Assembly: GCA_964422755.1 (NCBI GenBank)
Contig: CAYRCP010000001.1
Span: 1 to 56,848, forward strand
Reading direction: 5' to 3'
Source: an uncultured Bacteriovoracaceae bacterium
GTDB lineage: Bacteria; Desulfobacterota; Desulfomonilia; UBA1062
DNA length: 56,848 nucleotides
The notes under the pieces were generated by a model. The model made no database searches and was not told where the DNA came from. It was given only the letters and a program-made list of their open reading frames with translations. Both the position numbers and the translations under genes were made by a program. Positions 50,969 through 56,848 of this stretch are shown piece after piece. How positions within the stretch are numbered: position 1 is the stretch's first letter; the number at the start of each line of letters is the position of its first letter.

Positions 50969-51966
50969 AGCCCCTGATCGATTTACATGAGCGCACAATA
51001 AAATATCTGCGGATTTCCGTAACCGACCGGTGCAATTTCAGGTGCAGGTACTGTATGCCGGAGGGAGGAATTGACTGGCTTTGCCATGAGAAGGTCATGC
51101 GGTACGAAGAATTTCTCCGTATCCTCAAGGTATGCATTCCCCGGGGCGTTGAAAAGGTTCGTATCACCGGAGGGGAGCCTCTGGTAAGGAAAGGGCTGAC
51201 CGCATTTATCGAGTCCGCAAAGCGTATAGAGGGATTGCGCGAGCTCTCTCTGACCACAAACGGCGTTATGCTGTCATCTATGGCCCCCGGTCTGAAAAGA
51301 GCCGGTCTGGACCGGGTTAATATCAGCCTCGACACACTGGACAAGGAGAAATTCTCCTTCATCACCAGGGTCAATGCCTATGACAAGACCATGGAAGGGA
51401 TTAAGGCAGCGCTCGAGCACGGATTTTCCCCGGTGAAGATAAACGTCGTTGCCATCAGAGGCTTTAATGACGATGAAATTCCCGCGTTCGCAGATCTGAC
51501 CAGGAACAACCCCATAGAGGTCAGGTTTATCGAGCTCATGCCCATGGGATGCGCTGCCAAGTATGGAGATCATGAGGTCATCAGTTCTCCCGAGATCATT
51601 CGGATTATCGAGGATCACTATGGAGAGATGGAACCGGTGGAATATCTGCACGGACCTGCTGAGGTATTTCGCATCAAAGGCGCGCAGGGAAAGATCGGCC
51701 TGATAAGCGCCATGAGCGAAACCTCCTTTTGCAGCACGTGCAATCGTATACGGATTACGGCTGACGGACATTTGCGGCCCTGCCTGTTCTCCGACGAACA
51801 GCTCGATCTGCTCACCCCCATGCGTAAAGGCATCAGCGATAAGGATCTGGAGGCATTGATCGAGGAGGGTGTCAGGATGAAACAGCGCTCCCACGGTATG
51901 TGTATCGGGAAATATGCACTCCCCGATCAGGGCTGTGAGACGCTCATGAGTAGCATCGGGGGCTAG
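50965..51966 (+). CDS. moaA: GTP 3',8-cyclase MoaA (radical SAM, molybdenum cofactor biosynthesis)
   Basis: 333 aa. Motifs LRISVTDRCNFRCRYCMP, ITGGEPL and C-terminal cluster cysteines CSTCNRIRITADGHLRPCL. ATGA overlap with the DUF364 gene. Confidence 0.95.
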   Translation: MKPLIDLHERTIKYLRISVTDRCNFRCRYCMPEGGIDWLCHEKVMRYEEFLRILKVCIPRGVEKVRITGGEPLVRKGLTAFIESAKRIEGLRELSLTTNGVMLSSMAPGLKRAGLDRVNISLDTLDKEKFSFITRVNAYDKTMEGIKAALEHGFSPVKINVVAIRGFNDDEIPAFADLTRNNPIEVRFIELMPMGCAAKYGDHEVISSPEIIRIIEDHYGEMEPVEYLHGPAEVFRIKGAQGKIGLISAMSETSFCSTCNRIRITADGHLRPCLFSDEQLDLLTPMRKGISDKDLEALIEEGVRMKQRSHGMCIGKYALPDQGCETLMSSIGG

Positions 51967-51970
51967 AGGG

Positions 51971-52327
51971 CTATTGATTCAGCTGTTTTTTTGCTGAATC
52001 AATGAGCCTGTTGAACGAGATCAGATCCTGCTTGAAGAGGATCTTGTTGGTATTCAGAAACAGCAAACCTGTTTTCTTGTCGGGATCTTGGTTGTTTGAT
52101 GACCACACAACCCTGCAGTACAGGGAAATATCCTGATCGTTGTCCGGCTGATCGATTGCAAGACGCACGACAGAGCCGATCGGGAAACCTGCTCCTTCAA
52201 TGCAGACACCTTCCTCGCATGCGTTTAAAACGGCAACGCGCTTGACCGTCTCCTTGAGTTCTATGGATCCGTTCACATTCGCAAGATTTAATCTCTCCAG
52301 GGTTCGTTTTTCCTTCTCACTACGCAT
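51971..52327 (-). CDS. Stand-alone PilZ-like protein, 118 aa
   Basis: RTLER (RxxxR) at residues 8-12 is followed by NACEEG, a near match to (D/N)xSxxG. Same length as the PilZ gene at 969. Confidence 0.5.
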   Translation of the reverse strand: MRSEKEKRTLERLNLANVNGSIELKETVKRVAVLNACEEGVCIEGAGFPIGSVVRLAIDQPDNDQDISLYCRVVWSSNNQDPDKKTGLLFLNTNKILFKQDLISFNRLIDSAKKQLNQ

Positions 52328-52334
52328 GTTATCG

Positions 52335-52364
52335 AAAATACATCGAAAAGACAGTCTCTGTCAA
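52335..52364 (-). promoter_or_regulatory. Putative sigma70 promoter abutting the PilZ-like gene start
   Basis: Minus strand reads TTGACA-N18-TATTTT, then 7 nt, then ATG. There is no Shine-Dalgarno. Confidence 0.4.
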
Positions 52365-52376
52365 GTCTCGATCCTG

Positions 52377-52402
52377 CATTGGCATGCCGGGGTGTGCCAA
52401 TG
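52377..52402. repeat. Perfect 8-bp inverted repeat CATTGGCA-N10-TGCCAATG in the divergent PilZ/glpD control region
   Basis: Read directly from the sequence. It lies 13 nt upstream of the -35 of the PilZ-like gene and about 150 nt upstream of glpD. Confidence 0.7.
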
Positions 52403-52548
52403 CCGCCATTGAGGTGTCCGGCTCACTTCATTTGCAAAAAGTGGTATATCCATTATTATACCTATAACAAATACAGAAGATTTCCTCATGTGCTGCCTGC
52501 TTTGCGAGGGAATATCCGCCTGCTCAGGAGGAAAGACAGGGGGGATGC

Positions 52549-54186
52549 ATGAAGAGAGATATTGAGGGTATGTCTTCCAGGGGATATGATGTCCTGGTGA
52601 TCGGCGGCGGGATAACCGGGGCGTTTGTTGCGTGGGATGCGTCGCTTCGCGGTCTGAAGGTGGCGCTGGTGGACAAGGGTGATTTCGGCGGGGCAACATC
52701 AGCTGCTACCTCCAAACTCATTCACGGCGGTCTGCGTTATTTAAAGACCCTAGAGGTGGGTCTTGTGCGGGAATCTCTGCAGGAGAGGCGGATCATGGAG
52801 ATCATCGCCCCTCACCAGGTCTATCCGCTACCGTTTGTTTTCCCTGCGTATGGCTGGGGCAAGCGGGGATTGCCGGCCGCAATATCCGCCATGATCTTTT
52901 ATGACACCCTTTCCTATGATCGAAAATGGATCAATGACGACGACAAGAAGATCCCCGGTCATGAAAAATTCTCTGCAGAAGAAATACTCGAGATGGAACC
53001 CATCCTCGACCCCACGGATCTCAAGGGCGGCGTCATCTATTACGACTGCCAGATGTATAATTCCGAGAGGCTCACCCTGGAACCCATCCTGTCTGCAGTG
53101 GAATACGGCGCGGATGTTGCCAACTACGTGTTGGTCGAAGAACTCCTCAAAAAAGGCAATGACATCGAAGGGGCTCAGGTGAGGGACGTGATGAGCGGAA
53201 AGGCGTACGACATCAGGGCCAGGGTCACGGTGAATGCAGCCGGCCCATGGGCCGATCTCATGCTCGCCAAGATCAGGGGCAGGAAACATCGCGGTCTCGT
53301 CCGCTCCAAGGGTATTCATATTATCACAAGACCCCTGCACAAAGACCATGCCATGATCCTCCAGACCGAAAGCGGGAGGCATTTTTTCATTATTCCGTGG
53401 CGGGGGCACAGCCTTATCGGCACCACCGACGTGGTCTACAAGGGAGATCCTGATAAATTCAAGGTCACGCATCAGGACATAACCGACTTCCTCGATGAGA
53501 TAAACAAAACAGTCCCTGCTGCGAGGCTTACCCAGAGCGATGTCCTGTTCCAGTACGGGGGGCTGCGGCCCATCGTGGAAAAGGAGACGAGCGTGGAGGT
53601 GGAGGTCTATGATGCCTCGAGAAAGTATGAGCTCTATGACCACGAGGCTGATGAGGGGGTGCGGGGATTTGTCACCGCTATCGGCGGAAAGTATACCACT
53701 GCGAGGAATATGGCGCAGCAGCTGGTGGATATTATCATTACGAAACTTGGGATGAAACCCGTGGCATGCCTCACCCATACCACCCCGCTCTACGGCGGTG
53801 AGATGGGCCGGTACGCGAGCTTTGTGCAGCGGGCCAAAAAATCCCCGCCCGAGCATCTCTCTGACGAGATTGTGGAAAACCTGTGCCGGAATTACGGGTC
53901 AAGATACCTCGATGTCATCAAGACGGCGAAGAAAAAACATCTGGAAAAGGTCTGCGACAAGTTTCCGGAGATCATGGCAGAGGTTATCTATGCCATGGAT
54001 ACAGAAATGGCGGTCTCTTTATCCGACGTGCTCTTCAGGCGTACCGGCCTGGGCACACTGGGCAACCCCGGTACAGAGGTCATCGAAAAGGTTGCCGATG
54101 TGATGGCAGGCGAGCTGAAGTGGAAGAAAGCGCAGAAAAATAAAGAAATTGAACAAGCGCTCGAGGTGTTCAAACCAGTGAAGTGA
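52549..54186 (+). CDS. glpD: FAD-dependent glycerol-3-phosphate dehydrogenase (GlpD/GlpA-like)
   Basis: 545 aa. Motifs YDVLVIGGGITGAFVAWDASLRGLKVALVDKGDFGGATSAATSKLIHGGLRYL and GGKYTTARNMAQ, plus a C-terminal alpha-helical domain. Confidence 0.88.
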   Translation: MKRDIEGMSSRGYDVLVIGGGITGAFVAWDASLRGLKVALVDKGDFGGATSAATSKLIHGGLRYLKTLEVGLVRESLQERRIMEIIAPHQVYPLPFVFPAYGWGKRGLPAAISAMIFYDTLSYDRKWINDDDKKIPGHEKFSAEEILEMEPILDPTDLKGGVIYYDCQMYNSERLTLEPILSAVEYGADVANYVLVEELLKKGNDIEGAQVRDVMSGKAYDIRARVTVNAAGPWADLMLAKIRGRKHRGLVRSKGIHIITRPLHKDHAMILQTESGRHFFIIPWRGHSLIGTTDVVYKGDPDKFKVTHQDITDFLDEINKTVPAARLTQSDVLFQYGGLRPIVEKETSVEVEVYDASRKYELYDHEADEGVRGFVTAIGGKYTTARNMAQQLVDIIITKLGMKPVACLTHTTPLYGGEMGRYASFVQRAKKSPPEHLSDEIVENLCRNYGSRYLDVIKTAKKKHLEKVCDKFPEIMAEVIYAMDTEMAVSLSDVLFRRTGLGTLGNPGTEVIEKVADVMAGELKWKKAQKNKEIEQALEVFKPVK

Positions 54187-54218
54187 TCGGCGGGTTCTCC
54201 CCGGCAAAAGACAGGTAT

Positions 54219-54256
54219 GCCTTCACTTTTTTCTGCGGGTGAAAGGCTTCTTTGTT
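54219..54256 (+). terminator. Weak hairpin plus T-rich tract between glpD and the radical SAM gene
   Basis: GCCTTCAC...GTGAAAGGC forms an imperfect stem with one bulge and a 12-nt loop, followed by TTCTTTGTT. Confidence 0.3.
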
Positions 54257-54373
54257 GCCTTGTCCTGGCATATAAAACCTTGCAAAACCCCGGAAGCCCT
54301 GACTATGATGCCATACCTGCAAAACCGGCTTGGCCGGAAAACTAACTTCGAAAGGGGCAAGACAACAACCACC

Positions 54374-55729
54374 ATGAAGGACCATAAGATACTCCTGGTC
54401 AATCCCTGGATATATGACTTTGCCGCATATGATTTATGGGCAAAACCTCTGGGGCTGCTTTCGCTCGGGGCCCTGCTTCGCAGAAACGGCTGCGAGGTGG
54501 CGTTTCTCGATTGCCTGCAAAACCCTCACCCGTTCATGAACGACAAGGCACCCAGGGTGATGCCCTGCGGAGATGGCAAGTTCTACCGTCAGATCATCGA
54601 TCGTCCGGCCCCGCTGAGAGATATTCACCGGCGCTACAGCAGATACGGTATCAGCATCGAGGCCTTTATGCACGATCTCTCCCATATGGAACGGCCCGAT
54701 GCCGTCCTGGTGACCTCGCTTATGACCTACTGGTATCCGGGAGTAATCGAGGCCATCAGATGTATCAGAAAGGTCCACGGAGATGTCCCGGTGATCCTGG
54801 GAGGCGTCTATGCCACGCTGTGCACAGAGCATGCACGAAGGTACTCCGGTGCGGATCACGTCATTGCCGGCGAGGGAGAGCTGCAGCTCCTGAGTCTTCT
54901 GAGCGACCTCTGGGGGGTATCTCCGTCATTCATACCGGACATGGATGATCTGGATTCTCTTCCCTATCCGTGCTTCGACCTCATCGAAGAGCCGAGATAC
55001 ATCTGCATTCAGACCTCGAAAGGGTGTCCCTTTCGCTGTACCTACTGTGCCTCGCACCGGTTAAACCCCACCGTGCGCAGGAGAAACCCCCTCAAGGTGG
55101 CTGACGAGATCTCCTGGTGGAACAAAACAACCGGGGTTAGAGATTTCGCCTTCTACGATGATGCCCTGCTGTACCGGCCCGAGGAATTTGCCTTGCCCCT
55201 GATGAAAGCGATCATCGGCAGGGGCCTGAACGTCAGGTTTCACTGCCCCAACGGCCTCCATATCCGCCCGATTACGAAAGAGGTGGCTGCTGCCATGTGG
55301 CAGAGCGGGTTTAAAACCATCCGGCTGGGCCTGGAGACATCAGATCCGGTGCGCCAGAAAAACACCGGCGGCAAGGTGACCAACGATGATTTTCTCCGCG
55401 CCATGGAACATCTCACCGGGGCCGGTTTCGATGCCGGAGATATCGGCGTGTATATCCTGTGCGGGCTTCCCCGGCAGAGGGCGCAGGAGGTGCTGGATGC
55501 CGTAGCCCTGGTAAAGGCAACAGGCGCATGGCCCATGATCACGGAATATTCTCCCATACCCCATACACAGGATTGGGAGGAGGCAGTTCAGATAAGCGCG
55601 TATCCCATCGCAGACGAGCCGCTGTATCACAATAATACGCTCCTTGCGTGCAGGTGGGAGGGGCTTACCTATGCAATGTACCGGGGGATCAGAAGGGTGG
55701 CGAGGGGGATTGACATCCCGGAGTCTTAA
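54374..55729 (+). CDS. B12-binding-domain radical SAM protein (class B)
   Basis: From ORF 54239..55729, start trimmed to MKDHKILLVNPW. The N-terminus is a cobalamin-binding-like Rossmann region (PLGLLSLGALLRRNGCEVAFLD...VPVILGGVYAT). The radical SAM motif is SKGCPFRCTYCAS. Confidence 0.85.
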   Translation: MKDHKILLVNPWIYDFAAYDLWAKPLGLLSLGALLRRNGCEVAFLDCLQNPHPFMNDKAPRVMPCGDGKFYRQIIDRPAPLRDIHRRYSRYGISIEAFMHDLSHMERPDAVLVTSLMTYWYPGVIEAIRCIRKVHGDVPVILGGVYATLCTEHARRYSGADHVIAGEGELQLLSLLSDLWGVSPSFIPDMDDLDSLPYPCFDLIEEPRYICIQTSKGCPFRCTYCASHRLNPTVRRRNPLKVADEISWWNKTTGVRDFAFYDDALLYRPEEFALPLMKAIIGRGLNVRFHCPNGLHIRPITKEVAAAMWQSGFKTIRLGLETSDPVRQKNTGGKVTNDDFLRAMEHLTGAGFDAGDIGVYILCGLPRQRAQEVLDAVALVKATGAWPMITEYSPIPHTQDWEEAVQISAYPIADEPLYHNNTLLACRWEGLTYAMYRGIRRVARGIDIPES

Positions 55730-55886
55730 AGACGCGGCTTCAGTAATGGTACCATGTTCATTTTATGATCCCACCGCTGGACCGGAGTAGGTCAGGTTGC
55801 TCATCTACCGGAGGTGGGGGAGATATACCTGACACAATGTCTTTTTAAAATGGTTTTTTTATGTTCATTTCTTTGCGTGCTCACAA

Positions 55887-55975
55887 TTCGGCAGAATCGC
55901 CGAAATGGACGCGCCCGCAGGGCGAGGGACATGGATGTCCCGAGTCAAAGAAACGAACCAAAAAAAGGGCGGTTC
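55887..55975. other. Cluster of four short GC-rich hairpins in ORF-poor DNA (candidate structured RNA or REP-like element)
   Basis: TTCGGC-agaatc-GCCGAA (55887-55904); CGCCC-gca-GGGCG (55912-55924); GGGACA-tgga-TGTCCC (55926-55941); GAACC-N11-GGTTC (55955-55975). Confidence 0.35.
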
Positions 55976-56033
55976 TATTTATCAAACTGCTTGGTTGTAG
56001 CTAACCGCGATAACCCTCAACTATCATGGGGCA

Positions 56034-56059
56034 GATATTCTTTTCTGGGCCATTAATTT
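56034..56059. repeat. Left copy of the imperfect direct repeat flanking the mazEF cassette
   Basis: GATATTCTTTTCTGGGCCATTAATTT. Aligns with 56744-56767 at 21 of 24 positions plus one 2-nt indel. Confidence 0.7.
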
Positions 56060-56112
56060 GCAAACCCACGATCGAGTGCCTCTGTTGAGGGAGAATGATC
56101 GATCATCCGGAG

Positions 56113-56147
56113 TTGACTTTCTGTTTCAATGTAATTACAATGTACAT
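56113..56147 (+). promoter_or_regulatory. mazEF promoter with overlapping palindromic operator candidates
   Basis: TTGACT-N17-TACAAT (56113-56141). The palindromes TGTAATTACA (56130-56139) and ATGTACAT (56140-56147) overlap the -10. A 12-bp palindrome ATGATCGATCAT (56095-56106) lies just upstream. Confidence 0.55.
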
Positions 56148-56173
56148 ACACATATGAAAAAAGGAGACTCTTT

Positions 56174-56428
56174 GTGAGGGCACGTGTGATAAAAATCGGC
56201 AATTCACAGGGATTGCGCATTCCAAAACTTATTCTTGAGCAAACAGGGATCACGGATGATGTTGAAATCGAGGTTGAGAAAAATCAAATTATCATCCGGC
56301 CTGTCAGGAAGGTTCGGGATGGATGGGATGACGCCTTCAAAGCGATGGGACAAGAGGGTGATGACGAACCGATCATCGAGGAGGATGCCATTTCGCATTC
56401 ATGGGATGAAGAAGAATGGCAGTGGTGA
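56174..56428 (+). CDS. mazE: AbrB/MazE/SpoVT-family antitoxin
   Basis: 84 aa. N-terminal swapped-hairpin motif RARVIKIGNSQGLRIPKLILEQ and an acidic C-terminus. GTG start with AAGGAG upstream. Confidence 0.85.
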   Translation: MRARVIKIGNSQGLRIPKLILEQTGITDDVEIEVEKNQIIIRPVRKVRDGWDDAFKAMGQEGDDEPIIEEDAISHSWDEEEWQW

Positions 56429-56745
56429 TAAAACGTTTTGATGTCTACCTGGTAAATCTTGATCCGACTGTCGGGTCTGAAATACAAAAGACCAGACCGT
56501 GCCTGGTTATATCACCTGATGAGATGAATCGTCACATCAGAACCGTAATCGTTGCGCCAATGACGTCTGCCGGCAAAGATTATCCAACTCGTGTATCGTG
56601 TGTTTTTGGGAAAAAGCAGGGCCAAATCGTACTTGATCAAATAAGAACTCTGGACAAATCAAGACTTACCAGGAAGCTCGGCACGATTGATTCAAAAGCC
56701 CAACTGGAAGTAGTTAACACGCTCCAACGGCTATTTGCATTCTGA
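56416..56745 (+). CDS. mazF: MazF/PemK family endoribonuclease toxin
   Basis: 109 aa. Motifs KRFDVYLVNLDPTVGSEIQKTRPCLVISPDEMN, VIVAPMTS and LDQIRTLDKSRL. Overlaps mazE by 13 nt. Confidence 0.9.
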   Translation: MAVVIKRFDVYLVNLDPTVGSEIQKTRPCLVISPDEMNRHIRTVIVAPMTSAGKDYPTRVSCVFGKKQGQIVLDQIRTLDKSRLTRKLGTIDSKAQLEVVNTLQRLFAF

Positions 56746-56767
56746 TATTCTTCTGGGTCGTGAATTT
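56744..56767. repeat. Right copy of the imperfect direct repeat flanking the mazEF cassette
   Basis: GATATTCTTCTGGGTCGTGAATTT. It begins inside the mazF stop codon (TGA at 56743-56745). Confidence 0.7.
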
Positions 56768-56848
56768 CAGCACCGAACCCTGGGTCCCCTTGAAGCCGGT
56801 GAGGGAAGGAGGGAAAAATCAGAAAAACGAGCAATTCTGTTTGAGCGA

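Noticed and set aside
52377-52402. Sigma-54 promoter (TGGCAC-N5-TTGC) within the TGGCA-containing inverted repeat, on either strand.
   Set aside because: The GG-to-GC spacing is off by one nucleotide on the minus strand and by three on the plus strand, and no TTGC element is present. Sigma-54 promoters do not tolerate spacing changes.
55814-56056. 80-aa ORF in the spacer upstream of mazEF.
   Set aside because: It has a GTG start with no Shine-Dalgarno, and its composition is a hydrophobic run followed by RRNGRARRAR. The reading frame runs straight through the hairpin cluster, so it is more likely non-coding.

Overview
The window is a 56.8-kb chromosomal segment of a bacterium. Gene content suggests an anaerobic deltaproteobacterium/Desulfobacterota-like organism, but that is an inference only. 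GC is roughly 50% by eye. It is dominated by core housekeeping genes.

- **Left 14.3 kb, all on the minus strand:** a 5' fragment of an RmlA-like gene and truA. Then the conserved superoperon tRNA-Gly(CCC), rimP, nusA, ylxR/L7Ae-like, infB, DUF503, rbfA, DHH phosphoesterase, truB, rpsO, pnp and an M16 peptidase. Upstream of that operon on the same strand lie tatD and yjbQ. One small divergent PilZ gene is on the plus strand.
- **Strand switch at about 14.35-14.69 kb, then mostly plus strand:** a parS site, parA, parB, dnaN, gyrB and gyrA, with no dnaA or recF.
- **Minus-strand block:** moeA, a dksA-like gene, fused purS-purL, and purQ.
- **Plus-strand genes up to smc:** an HDOD protein coupled to a GAF-class III cyclase, a thiolase and a FadB-like enzyme. 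Next come rho, rpmE, prfA, prmC, murA, hisD and a cca-family gene, then a CBS-ACT protein. A minus-strand division cluster (yggT, divIVA, DUF167) follows, then smc.
- **Last ~8 kb, the most accessory-looking part:** an orphan MinD/FlhG-like ATPase coupled to ogt, DUF364 coupled to moaA, a second stand-alone PilZ gene, glpD and a B12-binding radical SAM enzyme. After these come a 380-nt hairpin-rich non-coding stretch and a mazEF cassette flanked by imperfect direct repeats.

I found no CRISPR array, rRNA, transposase, integrase or recognisable phage gene.

I do not see a clear-cut novel multi-gene system. The best candidates for follow-up are:

- the repeat-flanked mazEF cassette and the structured RNA-like region beside it;
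- the glpD/radical-SAM pair;
- the MinD-like/ogt and DUF364/moaA coupled pairs;
- the HDOD/GAF-cyclase pair;
- the dnaA-less parS-parAB-dnaN locus;
- a recurrent promoter-to-ATG geometry that suggests leaderless mRNAs.

All functional calls rest on motifs read directly from the translated ORFs. No database search was run.
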